A stretch of 59,726 nucleotides of DNA from positions 1-59,726 of the forward strand of contig JAJXYH010000045.1 in NCBI GenBank assembly GCA_021780675.1, read 5' to 3'. Each line of letters begins with the position of its first letter. Within the stretch, counting starts at the first letter, position 1. The notes under the pieces were generated by a model that saw only the letters and a list, made by a program, of their open reading frames with translations, ran no database searches and was not told where the DNA came from. This DNA comes from a bacterium. GTDB lineage: Bacteria; Patescibacteriota; Microgenomatia; Levybacterales; UBA12049. Below, one piece after another: positions 28,669 to 38,720 of the stretch. The translations under genes and the position numbers were made by a program.

Positions 28669-29282
28669 ATGCAAGTTGAATAAATTTCTTCGTTAATTTT
28701 TCCTTTTTTAAGAAAATATTGGCTGCCCGTAAGTCTGGCGATATTCGGATTACTGTTTATTTTATACGGTTTGATATCTTTAGTAAGTAATAAGCCAGTA
28801 AATCACCTGGAATTTTCACAAAACCCGCCGCAAAGTAATTTAGCTTCAAAATCTGTTACCTTAATAACTGTTGATATTGAGGGTGCAGTACAGGGATAGG
28901 GTGTTTATAAGCTCGAATTTGGGTCAATTGTTCAGGATGCATTGATTGTGGCCAAAGGTCTTTCTAAAGAGGCAGACAGAGATTATGTTGCAAATAATAT
29001 TAATTTGGCCGGTAAGCTTACCGATGCGCAAAAAATTTATATTCCCAAAATAGGCGAGAATACTACGCAGGCGGAGAGGGTATCGACATCGGCAGCCGGT
29101 AATTTAATTAACGGTTAATAGCGCATCGGAATCGGAGTTGGACTCACTTCCCTGTGTGTGTGGTAACTGCTCAAAAAATAATCAGCAACAGGTCATATGC
29201 AAATATAAACGACTTGATAAATAAAAAGGTTGTTAGCAACAAAGTGTTTTCCAAAATCCAGGATAAAATTACCGCTTATTAA
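28669..29282 (+). pseudogene. comEA: ComEA (SLBB + helix-hairpin-helix) pseudogene
   Basis: TM segment, VDIEGAV..*GVYKL, INLAGKLTDAQKIYIP, NSASESELDSLP, TAQKII; stops at 28681 (TAA) and 28897 (TAG); frameshifts near 29110 and 29160. Confidence 0.9.
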
Positions 29283-29285
29283 TCA

Positions 29286-30299
29286 ATGAAAAAAAGAATA
29301 ATAGTTTTTTTAAGCGTCGCTTTATTGCTTACAACTCTTAGGGTTTATACTTATTTTGCTTTAAAGCCGCCGGTAAAATTGGGGAACACGTCTTTTGTCA
29401 CAAGACTTTCTACACAACCTAAAGTTTATAATTCATACCAAAGTTTTTCGGTAAATCTGCTTGGCGGAGAACCTGTTTTTGTGAAAACAGACTCAGATTT
29501 AATACTAAATTATGGCAATCAGGTTAAAGTTTCTGGCAGTCTAGATTACAAACTGCTAACAAAAGGAGGGTATTATTTTATAAATAAAGCCCAAATGAGC
29601 CTCGATAACAAGTCTCAAAACCCAATATTAGCAGTTATAAATACTATTCGTCAGCAAATCTCCCAAACATTTTACGAATATTTGCCAAATGATTTGGCAG
29701 GACTTTTGTTGGGGATTGTGATTGGGGTAAAGGCGAACTTTTCACCGCAGTTTTTGAACTCTTTAAAGTTATCGGGCGTAATGCATGTGATAGCCGCATC
29801 GGGAATGAATGTGACAATGGTGGGTTGTTTTTTCTTTTACACCTTCTTGTTATTTTTAAGGCGTCGCATATCAATTGTTTTGACAATCGCCATAATTATT
29901 TCCTACTCGTTTCTAGCGGGATTCCAGCCCTCAATAATTAGAGCGTGTATTATGGCAAGTATTTTGTTTTTTTCGCAACTATGGGGTAGGCAAAACTATA
30001 GCTTATACTCGCTTATTCTTACGCTTTTTATTATGCTTTTTGTCTGGCCTCAGTTTTTGGTGGATGTTGGGTTTCAGCTGTCTTTTGTGTCAACGCTTGG
30101 GCTTTTGTTTTTGCCTCAAACTTTTGGAAAGATCAGGAGTTTTGTATCGGAGGATCTGGTTATTACGTTGTCGGCACAACTTGCCAGCCCTCCAATACTC
30201 TTAATAAACTTTGATACTTTTCCAATCGCGCTTGTAGCGGGATATTATCTGCTGCTTTTATCCTTTTTAATTTTCAAATTTATAAGAAAGTTTAATTGA
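29286..30299 (+). CDS. comEC: ComEC/Rec2 competence membrane protein, apparently shortened
   Basis: GLLLGIVIG, HVIAASGMNV, PSIIRACIM, DVGFQLSF; C-terminal TM block looks abbreviated. Confidence 0.82.
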   Translation: MKKRIIVFLSVALLLTTLRVYTYFALKPPVKLGNTSFVTRLSTQPKVYNSYQSFSVNLLGGEPVFVKTDSDLILNYGNQVKVSGSLDYKLLTKGGYYFINKAQMSLDNKSQNPILAVINTIRQQISQTFYEYLPNDLAGLLLGIVIGVKANFSPQFLNSLKLSGVMHVIAASGMNVTMVGCFFFYTFLLFLRRRISIVLTIAIIISYSFLAGFQPSIIRACIMASILFFSQLWGRQNYSLYSLILTLFIMLFVWPQFLVDVGFQLSFVSTLGLLFLPQTFGKIRSFVSEDLVITLSAQLASPPILLINFDTFPIALVAGYYLLLLSFLIFKFIRKFN

Positions 30300-32025
30300 C
30301 CATTGATGAAGCGGAGTTTGCACCGGCGGTCGGGAAGTGTTCGTTTATAACCTCAGGGTTGGTGGCTTTAATTGGAAGTTTAAAGTAGATTGTTGCGCCT
30401 TCATTTGCCTTAGAATTAATTCCAACCATTCCTCCATGAGCTTCTACTATACCTTTTGTTATAAAAAGACCTAGGCCCGTACCCTTTTTGGTTAATTGGT
30501 GGGGCGTGGTTTTAACCTGGTAATATTTGGAAAACAGGTCTTTTTGCTCGCTCTCCGGAATGCCCATGCCGGTGTCTTTTACCGAAACTACAACGTAATC
30601 TCCTTCGGTCACTGCAGTTGTGGTTATACGCCCGTTGGGTGGGGTGAACTTAAGACTATTGGAAAGTAGGTTAGTTAGTACCTGACTAATTCTAATCGGG
30701 TCAACCTCAATTTTTGGTAAAGACTGGGAGATTTCTGCTGCCAGAATGATTTGTCTTTTTTGCGCCTGCGGCAAAAATGTATCGATTGTATCTTGCACAA
30801 TTTGTCCGATATCGGATGGAGTTTTATTAATAGTGAACTTGCCGGCTTCGATTTTTGCCGCATCCAGAATCTGGTTTATCTGCTCTAATAAGTTTTTTGA
30901 TTGTTTATCGATAATCTCAATTAATTTTTCCTGTTGTTCTTTTGCCAGTCCATTTTCGTCGTGGTATTGATCGATCATAAGCTCGGAGGAGTCTTTAATG
31001 GCTGTTAACGGAGCTCTTAGTTCATGAACCATCATATGCGTGAAATCTTCCTTGATTTTATTAATGTTTTGTTCAACCGTTATGTCGTGCATTAAGACCG
31101 AAGCTCCGATTGTTCGTTTCTTGTTTATATCTGAGGGGTCTAAAACCGGAGTTACAAACATTTGGAAGACTTTGTCATTTAAGCTTATTTCTTTATCATT
31201 TAGTTGTTGGTTAGTGTTTGAAGCTTGTTTAATCTTATCTACAATATTATATTGTGTGCCAAATGCCGAGATTATATCTGTAAAAACAGGTTCTTTAGAT
31301 GAAAGCCTCAGGAACTGTTTGGCCGAATTATTGATTATCAGCAAATTATTGTCCGTATCTACCATAAAAACCCCATCTGCAAGGCTTGAAATCATTGAAG
31401 TTAGCTTACCCTTCTCAGTAACCAGCACATCCTGCAGTTTGGTAAGAGCGCCAGATGCCTGAGAGACGATTTGGCGAAGCATATCGGTTTGCGCCTCGTC
31501 ATAGAGTTCTTTATTAACAGATGAAACATTAATAATGCCAACGGTGTGGTTTGCAATTTCCAAGGGGATATTAAAAGAAGAAATAACAGAAGTGTTGTTA
31601 TTCTGATCAACGTAAGAACCGACAATTTGCTCTTCTATTTGAATAGGTACATAAGGAACAAGGGATGTCAAAGACATTAACATGCTTTTTTTAACTTGCT
31701 CCTGATATTTTGTGCTAACCGGTGTTTGCGCATAGGTTTTAAAGTAAATGTGATTGTTTTTAATTACCATGCTTGAAGCAGTGGTGTAGTTAAAAAGGTG
31801 CTTAAGGTTTCCAATAATTACTTCAACAATATATTCATAGTCTAAAGAGTAACCGATTTTTTCCTGGATCTGCTTTAAAATAGAAAGCTCGTAGACTTTT
31901 TGTTTTTCCGCCGCTTCCTGTAAAGCAATTTTGAAGTTAATTTTTCGCCTGTTTAAATATAGAAATATGGAAACTACCGCAAACAAAATTGAGGTAAGCG
32001 TCGTAAAACTTAAAAGGACACCCAT
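30292..32025 (-). CDS. Sensor histidine kinase (TM-GAF-PAS-HisKA-HATPase)
   Basis: HELRAPLT H-box, NLLSNSLKFT N-box, DTGMGI and GTGLGL G-boxes. Confidence 0.95.
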   Translation of the reverse strand: MGVLLSFTTLTSILFAVVSIFLYLNRRKINFKIALQEAAEKQKVYELSILKQIQEKIGYSLDYEYIVEVIIGNLKHLFNYTTASSMVIKNNHIYFKTYAQTPVSTKYQEQVKKSMLMSLTSLVPYVPIQIEEQIVGSYVDQNNNTSVISSFNIPLEIANHTVGIINVSSVNKELYDEAQTDMLRQIVSQASGALTKLQDVLVTEKGKLTSMISSLADGVFMVDTDNNLLIINNSAKQFLRLSSKEPVFTDIISAFGTQYNIVDKIKQASNTNQQLNDKEISLNDKVFQMFVTPVLDPSDINKKRTIGASVLMHDITVEQNINKIKEDFTHMMVHELRAPLTAIKDSSELMIDQYHDENGLAKEQQEKLIEIIDKQSKNLLEQINQILDAAKIEAGKFTINKTPSDIGQIVQDTIDTFLPQAQKRQIILAAEISQSLPKIEVDPIRISQVLTNLLSNSLKFTPPNGRITTTAVTEGDYVVVSVKDTGMGIPESEQKDLFSKYYQVKTTPHQLTKKGTGLGLFITKGIVEAHGGMVGINSKANEGATIYFKLPIKATNPEVINEHFPTAGANSASSMVN

Positions 32026-32082
32026 ACTTAAATTATATATGTTTTATGGAGAAAAAACACAAGGGGCTAAGTGAGGCTAATT

Positions 32083-32451
32083 TTAAGCAATTTTTAAAGC
32101 TTCTTTGACTTTTGCCACAACATCGCGTGGTTCAACCTGGTATTTAAAAAGGTAATCAAGTGCACCCTGGTCGATTGCTCCTTTAACCAGTTCTTCCTGC
32201 GAAAAGTTGGAAAGAATGATAACCGGGATTGCTTTGGTAGTTTCGTCGGCTTTTAGAACTTTTAGAATATCGTTTCCGGAAATATCGGGAAGTACCTGAT
32301 CAAGCAGGATTAAATCGGGGTGAATTTCCTTCGCCTTGCTAATTCCTTGTTGCCCAGTGAGCTCGTATGCGGTTTCCAAGCCTTCTTTGCTAAGCGCGGC
32401 GGAAAAGATATTTACCAAGTCTTCGTCATCGTCAACCAGAAGAACCTTCAT
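32083..32451 (-). CDS. Single-domain response regulator (start probably 32451)
   Basis: VLLVDDDED, PDLILLDQVLPDISG, PVIILSN, GALDYLFK. Confidence 0.93.
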   Translation of the reverse strand: MKVLLVDDDEDLVNIFSAALSKEGLETAYELTGQQGISKAKEIHPDLILLDQVLPDISGNDILKVLKADETTKAIPVIILSNFSQEELVKGAIDQGALDYLFKYQVEPRDVVAKVKEALKIA

Positions 32452-32502
32452 ATATTTAACGCTAGCAACATTTATAAAAAAAAGCAAGTAGTCAAATTAA
32501 TT

Positions 32503-33147
32503 TTAAGCGAAGAATTTTTCTAAAATAGTCTTAAGTTGCATCGGTCTTTCCGCTAAAAACTCCGGATCAAATTTTTCCAATCCCTTCTTATTATTATATC
32601 CCCAGGTAACGGCAATCATTGAAATTCCTGTCTTTTTTGTGGCCTGAATATCGCGTATTTCGTCTCCGACATAAATTACCATATTTTTATCAAGTTTATG
32701 TTTTTTAAGTAAGCTTTTAAGTGATTTGTCTTTACCGAACAGGTTAGTTTGCGAATGGATGAAGTCAAAAACTTCAAGCTCATGTTTTTTAAGGAATTTT
32801 TCAACAGTCTGCTTTTTATTGCTTGTCAAAATGCCGAGTGAAACGCCTTGTTTTTTCAGGCTATTTAAAACTTGAGGCATATTTTTTATTGGTTCAACAA
32901 CTGTTTCATCAACTTTTAATACTTTTCTTACTCTTCTTGCCAAAAAGGGGAGTTTTAAAACAGGAATTTTAAGAAGTTTTATGCTTTCATAGAGTCCGAC
33001 GTTACGCAAATTTTCGATTTCTTCCATGGTAATATTTTTGAAGTTATTTTCACCGGCGATTTGGTTAAAAACCTTAAGTATTACTGCGTTAGAAGGGATA
33101 GAATCGGCAATTGTGCCGTCGAAATCGAAAATTACAGTTTTGGGCAT
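32503..33147 (-). CDS. HAD-family hydrolase (phosphoglycolate phosphatase-like)
   Basis: DFDGT motif I, LTSN motif II, YVGDEIRD motif IV. Confidence 0.9.
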   Translation of the reverse strand: MPKTVIFDFDGTIADSIPSNAVILKVFNQIAGENNFKNITMEEIENLRNVGLYESIKLLKIPVLKLPFLARRVRKVLKVDETVVEPIKNMPQVLNSLKKQGVSLGILTSNKKQTVEKFLKKHELEVFDFIHSQTNLFGKDKSLKSLLKKHKLDKNMVIYVGDEIRDIQATKKTGISMIAVTWGYNNKKGLEKFDPEFLAERPMQLKTILEKFFA

Positions 33148-33152
33148 AAAAA

Positions 33153-33881
33153 TTACAGTTTTATAATGAATTTAACAGGGTAGTGGTCGGAATACTTTAT
33201 TTTCTTGCCGATTTTTACGTTTTTTACTTCGCATCTGTCAAAAAAGACATAATCAATTTGCTGGGAAATGAAAAAATATTTATGTGTATAAGCCCTGTAG
33301 GCATTGGTTAAATTAAACCTTGCCATAAAATTGATTAAATTTTTTTGTCTTATGCGCGAAGTGTAGTTAAAATCGCCTAGAATTACAGTTGAAAATTCCG
33401 TATGGTCGCCTAATGTCCGTACCTTTTTAATAATCTTAGTGATCTGGTTAATTCTTCTTGAGTTTGGTGCATAAGCAACAAGATGCGAATTGGCAATTAC
33501 CAGTTTTTTGTTTTTAACCTTAAAAATAGTAAGAAGTGATGTTTTTTCTCCATGCACTCTAAATCTTTTCTCCAAAAAATTTGTACCCAGCTTTATGGTG
33601 TGGCTGCTTACTAATTTAACCTGCGATTTTTTATAAATAGTGAGCTCTCCGTAGATGTGTTTTCTTTTAATTCTAATTGGTTTAGTTAAAAACGATGACG
33701 GAGCGAATTTATAATCGTAACCTAATTCTTCAAGTTTTCGTAAAAAGGTTGAAGTATTACTAAAGGGGAATTCCTGCAAAAAAATAAGATCTGGATAATC
33801 CTTATTTTTAAATAACCATTTTTCAATTAATTCCAGTTTTTTACCAAAATGAATGTTGTAAGCAACAGTTGATAATTCCAT
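33153..33881 (-). CDS. Endonuclease/exonuclease/phosphatase family protein
   Basis: AYNI, FLQE, NSHL, LGDFN, IDYVF, SDHYP. Confidence 0.92.
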   Translation of the reverse strand: MELSTVAYNIHFGKKLELIEKWLFKNKDYPDLIFLQEFPFSNTSTFLRKLEELGYDYKFAPSSFLTKPIRIKRKHIYGELTIYKKSQVKLVSSHTIKLGTNFLEKRFRVHGEKTSLLTIFKVKNKKLVIANSHLVAYAPNSRRINQITKIIKKVRTLGDHTEFSTVILGDFNYTSRIRQKNLINFMARFNLTNAYRAYTHKYFFISQQIDYVFFDRCEVKNVKIGKKIKYSDHYPVKFIIKL

Positions 33882-33964
33882 TAAGAGCGTATTATAGCAA
33901 ATTTTACGTCTATTTGCTTTTGTTTAAAACGAAGCTATTTAGTTGTGATAAAATGAGTTAGATT

Positions 33965-35611
33965 ATGGAAAAGATAAACGAAAAAATTTATTCGATCTTA
34001 GAGAAAATAGCTTTGGAAATGGGCGCTAAAGACATTGATTTTAAAGCTGAACGTCCAAAAGACAGCTCGCATGGTGATTTTGCTTCAAATATTGCTTTGG
34101 TTTTAGCAAACAAAAGTCATGTTGTTAAGTCGGAGAGGTATCCATCAATTGGGAAAACTGTTATGGATTATGCTAATGAAATCGCAGGTAAAGTAAACGA
34201 TGAGGTATTCGATAAAGTTGAAGCAGTTTCGCCCGGATTTATTAATTTTTATCTTTCTAAAAAATATCTTCAAACCCAGATTTCGGAAATTATAGTAAAA
34301 GGCGACACTTACGGAACATCTAATTTAGGAAAAGATAAAAAGGCAAGCGTTGAGTTTGTTTCGGCAAACCCCACAGGGCCTTTACATATCGGCAATGCCC
34401 GCGGAGGACCACTTGGCGACACCATAGCTAATGTGCTTTCTAAGGCAGGCTACAATGTCACACGCGAGTACCTGCACAATGATGTTGGCGGGCAGGTTAT
34501 ACGTTTGGGCGAGTCTATTTATTACGAACTTCACCCGGATCAAAAATCACCCACCTACGAAGCTCAATATAAAGGTGAATATATAAAAGATTTGGCAAAA
34601 GCAGTGGAGGAAGTTTTGCAAGATAAAGACATGGATTTGGAGACGGAAAGGTTTATGGATGAAGCCGGCAGGGTTGCGGTAGAAATGATGCTTGCCGAAA
34701 TCTTAAAAGATTGCAAAGACATGGGAATAAGCTACGATAAAATTAGAAAAGAATCGGATTTAAGGCACGAGGTTTCCAAAGTTTTACCCAAAATTAAGGC
34801 TAGTCTTAAGGATCAAGATGGGGCGCTTTGGTTTGCGCCCAATGACGAATTTCTTAAAGACAGGGAAACGGTTGTTAAAAAAAGTGATGAAAATTACACA
34901 TATTTTGCCTCTGATATCGCTTACCACAATGAAAAAATGGCCTCAAACGACTTAGTAGTGGATATTTTGGGTAGCAATCACTCCGGTCATGTGCCAAGAA
35001 TCCTCGCTGTAATAAAGGCTTTAGGGTACGATACAAATAATTTTAGATGCGTTTTGTACCAGTATGTACGACTTAAGCGAAATGGGGAGGTCGTGAAAAT
35101 GGGAAAACGTTTTGGAACGTTTATTACGGCAAAAGAAGTTATCGATGAAGTGGGAAAGGACGCTTTTAGGTTTTTCTTCTTAATGTCTAATACAAATACA
35201 CATATGGATTTTGATTTGGAGCTTGCCAAAAAGCAATCAAGCGAAAATCCGGTATTTTATGTGCAGTATGCATATACAAGAATTGCCTCAATCTTTGCAA
35301 AATCCACGCTTAAAAATCCCGAAGGGGGAGACCTTACTCTTCTTAAAGAATCTGAGGAGCTGGTTTTGGCAAGAAAACTATTGGAATTTCCGTATTTGGT
35401 AGAGGAAGTCGCCCAAAATTTGGAGGTTAACGCATTTATTAACTATACTATGGAGCTTTCTACGCTTTTTCATAAGTTCTATGAAGCACATCAGGTTATT
35501 TCTAAAGATTCAAAATTAACCCAAGCGAGGCTCGCTTTACTTAAAGCAACGCAAATTACGCTTAAAAATACTTTGGATTTACTCGGAGTCAGCGCGCCGG
35601 AGAAGATGTAG
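33965..35611 (+). CDS. argS: Arginine--tRNA ligase
   Basis: HGDFASN, VEFVSANPTGPLHIGNAR, NPVFYVQYAYTR, LGVSAPEKM. Confidence 0.98.
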   Translation: MEKINEKIYSILEKIALEMGAKDIDFKAERPKDSSHGDFASNIALVLANKSHVVKSERYPSIGKTVMDYANEIAGKVNDEVFDKVEAVSPGFINFYLSKKYLQTQISEIIVKGDTYGTSNLGKDKKASVEFVSANPTGPLHIGNARGGPLGDTIANVLSKAGYNVTREYLHNDVGGQVIRLGESIYYELHPDQKSPTYEAQYKGEYIKDLAKAVEEVLQDKDMDLETERFMDEAGRVAVEMMLAEILKDCKDMGISYDKIRKESDLRHEVSKVLPKIKASLKDQDGALWFAPNDEFLKDRETVVKKSDENYTYFASDIAYHNEKMASNDLVVDILGSNHSGHVPRILAVIKALGYDTNNFRCVLYQYVRLKRNGEVVKMGKRFGTFITAKEVIDEVGKDAFRFFFLMSNTNTHMDFDLELAKKQSSENPVFYVQYAYTRIASIFAKSTLKNPEGGDLTLLKESEELVLARKLLEFPYLVEEVAQNLEVNAFINYTMELSTLFHKFYEAHQVISKDSKLTQARLALLKATQITLKNTLDLLGVSAPEKM

Positions 35612-35666
35612 GTTTGACTTTGATATCTTCAATTTTAAATTTTCAGCTGTTATAATCAATGAATAA

Positions 35667-36941
35667 ATGAAACATTTTCGGAAAATTCTTCCTAACGGGT
35701 TAAGGCTAATCACAATTCCCATGCCATCGTTTGAATCTGCAACGGTTATGGTAATGGTGGGAGCGGGAAGCCGCTATGAAACCACAAAAAACAACGGAAT
35801 TTCCCACTTCTTAGAACATATGGCCTTTAAAGGAACGGAAAAGCGGCCAAGCGCTCAGGCAATTGCGACTTTAATTGACGGAATTGGTGGAGAATCCAAT
35901 GCTTTTACCAGTAAAGAGGTAACAGGCTACTTTATTAAGGCTTCTGTTTCGCAAGTTGACCTTTGTATGGACATATTATCCGATATGCTTGCAAATTCTA
36001 AGCTCGATAAAACAGAGATAGAGAAGGAAAAAGGCGTAATTTTAGAGGAAATTAACCTTTACGAAGACACCCCGATGCGAAAAATCGGTGACATCTATGA
36101 AAATCTGCTTTATGGGGATGTTCCAATGGGTTGGGATATTGCCGGAAGAAAAGATGTTATAAAGGCAGTAACGCGTGAGGACTTTGTTTCCTATATAAAT
36201 AGTTTATATAGTTCAGACAACATTACAGTTGTTGTTGCCGGAGGAGTTGATGTCGAAGAAACCGAGACTAGAGCAGAAAAATATTTTGGAAGTATGAAAC
36301 GTTTCGATACAATTAGATATAGTAAACTAGTAGATAACCAGGTCAAACCATCTCTTATTATAAAAGAAAAAAAGACCGAACAAGTCCATGTTGCCATTGG
36401 TTTTAGAACAGTTTCGATTAACGACTCAAGAAGATACTCGCTTTCTGTTTTGGCTGCAGTTTTAGGCGGAGGAATGAGCTCAAGATTATTCACGGAAGTT
36501 AGAGAAAAGAGGGGTTTGGCATATTATGTTAGAACCAGCTCCGAACACTATGAAGATTGCGGGTTTATGGTTTCAACCGCAGGTCTTGATTCCCAAAGAG
36601 CAGAGGAGGGAGTTTCGGTAATTGTTGAAGAATATGCAAAATTTGCAAAAGGCGAGGCTAATTTAACCAAAGAAGAAGTTGAAAAAGCCAAAGAATACCT
36701 AAAAGGGCATTTTATACTGGAGCTTGAAGATAGCCGTTCGGTAGCCGCGTTTTATGCAAGCGCAGAAATTTTGGAAGATAAATTAAGGGATCCTGCGGTA
36801 ATAATTGAAAAGCTAAATCAGGTTACAAAAGAAGACGTAGAGGAGGATGCAAAGCTATTCTTTAAGGAATCGACGCTTAACTTGGCAATAATCGGCAATT
36901 TTGATAATAGACAAAGATTCGAAAAATTGCTAAAATTTTAA
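35667..36941 (+). CDS. M16 family zinc metallopeptidase
   Basis: Inverted zinc motif HFLEH, NAFT, SSRLFTEVREKRGLAY. Confidence 0.95.
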   Translation: MKHFRKILPNGLRLITIPMPSFESATVMVMVGAGSRYETTKNNGISHFLEHMAFKGTEKRPSAQAIATLIDGIGGESNAFTSKEVTGYFIKASVSQVDLCMDILSDMLANSKLDKTEIEKEKGVILEEINLYEDTPMRKIGDIYENLLYGDVPMGWDIAGRKDVIKAVTREDFVSYINSLYSSDNITVVVAGGVDVEETETRAEKYFGSMKRFDTIRYSKLVDNQVKPSLIIKEKKTEQVHVAIGFRTVSINDSRRYSLSVLAAVLGGGMSSRLFTEVREKRGLAYYVRTSSEHYEDCGFMVSTAGLDSQRAEEGVSVIVEEYAKFAKGEANLTKEEVEKAKEYLKGHFILELEDSRSVAAFYASAEILEDKLRDPAVIIEKLNQVTKEDVEEDAKLFFKESTLNLAIIGNFDNRQRFEKLLKF

Positions 36942-36944
36942 CTT

Positions 36945-37496
36945 ATGGAACAAACATTAGTCATATTAAAGCCGGATGCAGTAAAAAGAAATTTGATGGG
37001 TGAAATTATCACCAGATTTGAAAAAGTAGGCCTAAAATTGGCTGCAGTAAAGCTTGTTACTGCTAAAAAAGAGATTGTAGATAAGCATTATCCAAAAGAC
37101 AGAGATGAACTTTGGTTTGGAATTGGCAACAAAACACTAGAAAACTACGAAAATTTAGGTATGGACCCAATAGAAAGTCTTGGAACCTCGGATCCAAGAG
37201 AAATCGGTAAAATGGTCAGAGTGTGGCTTATGGATTACATAATGCAGGGACCTGTTTTAGTAATGGTTTTAGAGGCGCCACACGCGGTAGAGTTGGTTAG
37301 AAAATTAGCGGGGCATACCTTGCCTTTGCTTGCCGCACCAGGAACAATAAGAGGGGATTACGCTTACGATTCATCTTATCTTGCAAACAGTAACAAAAGA
37401 GCAATCGAAAACTTAGTACACGCATCAGGAACTGTTGAGGAAGCTAAATATGAAATACCACTTTGGTTTACTCCTTCGGAGATTCATTCTTACTAG
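36945..37496 (+). CDS. ndk: Nucleoside diphosphate kinase
   Basis: TLVILKPDAVKR, PGTIRGD, NLVHAS catalytic His. Confidence 0.95.
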   Translation: MEQTLVILKPDAVKRNLMGEIITRFEKVGLKLAAVKLVTAKKEIVDKHYPKDRDELWFGIGNKTLENYENLGMDPIESLGTSDPREIGKMVRVWLMDYIMQGPVLVMVLEAPHAVELVRKLAGHTLPLLAAPGTIRGDYAYDSSYLANSNKRAIENLVHASGTVEEAKYEIPLWFTPSEIHSY

Positions 37497-37914
37497 TTGT
37501 TTTTCTGACTTTAAAATCTAAAAAGGCCAATATTAGTATTCCCGTAGAAATAGCCTCGCTTGTTAAGCAATATTGGCAAAAAGCATGTAAAATACCGGCT
37601 TGAATATATAATAATACGAGCGAAACCAAAAAACCGATCATCGAAAGACCATAAAAAAGGTAGGTAAATAGTTTTTTATAATTTGTCAAAATAAGAACGC
37701 AAAGCAAAACCACTCCTAAATAAAACAGACTTCCAAGCAATGCAACAGGTACGGGACCGATTTTAGAATAAGCACTGGTTAAAACTGTTTCACACCCGCC
37801 GGTTACGCTGCAGGGAGGTATTATATGTCTAAAATCTAAGATGGTAAGGTAAGTAGCCAAGAAAAAACCTAAAAATCCTAAAACTAAAGAACTAATCACC
37901 AGTTTGTTTTTCAT
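37468..37914 (-). CDS. Vitamin K epoxide reductase (VKOR) family protein (start probably 37914)
   Basis: CSVTGGCETVLTS loop cysteines and CQYC in TM. Confidence 0.93.
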   Translation of the reverse strand: MKNKLVISSLVLGFLGFFLATYLTILDFRHIIPPCSVTGGCETVLTSAYSKIGPVPVALLGSLFYLGVVLLCVLILTNYKKLFTYLFYGLSMIGFLVSLVLLYIQAGILHAFCQYCLTSEAISTGILILAFLDFKVRKTTSKNESPKE

Positions 37915-37918
37915 AAAA

Positions 37919-38677
37919 TTACTGTTTAGGCGTTGGAGTAGCGGCTTGTTTAATCGCTTCGTCAATTAATTTTTGGAATTCTTCAATACTTGAAGGATTA
38001 TTAATTTCCTTTCCGTTTATAAAGAATGTTGGAGTATGGTCTAAACCTTCGCTTAAAGCCTGCTGTTCGGAATCGTTTACGTACTTTACTGCCTCCTGGG
38101 ATGTCATATCTTTATTAAATTGGGTAACGTTTAGTTTTAGCTTCTTGGCGTATTCTAAAAATACAGGTTTTGGGTCCTGTAAATTTGCCCAGTCGTTTTG
38201 ATTGTTATAGAGTAAATCATCGTAATTAAAAAATGCACCCTGTTTATTAGCTGCATAGGCTGCCTGTGCGCTGATGTGAGAATTAGGATGAATGTTGGTT
38301 AGTGGGAAGAATCTGTAAACATACAGCATTTGATTTTTGTATTTATCTACCAGTTGGGTAATTAGAGGGTGGTAGGCGGCGCATGCCGGGCATTCAAAGT
38401 CCGCCCATTCGGTTAAGGTTACTTTTGGATTTTTAGCTCCTTCGGAAATATCTTTAGAAGTTGTGGGCGCTGTTGTTAGTGATCCGGCTTGTGGGGCAGC
38501 AGGTTGGCTAACCAGCCACATAAGACCTCCGACTGCAAAAATAATTACTGCTACGACTGATGCCCAAATGGAGTATTTCTTAATAGTTTCGTTCTTTTTT
38601 TCCGACTTTGCTTTTTCTTCCCACTCGAGTTTTCGGAGGGCTTTTTTCTCGTCTTTTGTAAGTTTTCCTTCCGTCAT
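37919..38677 (-). CDS. Membrane-anchored DsbA/BdbD-like thiol-disulfide oxidoreductase (start probably 38677)
   Basis: DFECPAC, FFPL..IHPNS, TPTFFING; N-terminal TM. Confidence 0.93.
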   Translation of the reverse strand: MTEGKLTKDEKKALRKLEWEEKAKSEKKNETIKKYSIWASVVAVIIFAVGGLMWLVSQPAAPQAGSLTTAPTTSKDISEGAKNPKVTLTEWADFECPACAAYHPLITQLVDKYKNQMLYVYRFFPLTNIHPNSHISAQAAYAANKQGAFFNYDDLLYNNQNDWANLQDPKPVFLEYAKKLKLNVTQFNKDMTSQEAVKYVNDSEQQALSEGLDHTPTFFINGKEINNPSSIEEFQKLIDEAIKQAATPTPKQ

Positions 38678-38720
38678 TTTTATATGTTCGCACTTCAGCG
38701 AAAATTTTTCAAGTAGTAAT

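Noticed and set aside
28669-29282. Stop-codon reassignment explaining the broken genes
   Set aside because: Lesions are TAA/TAG plus frameshifts, and intact genes end normally in TAA, TAG or TGA; consistent with code 11 and true decay.
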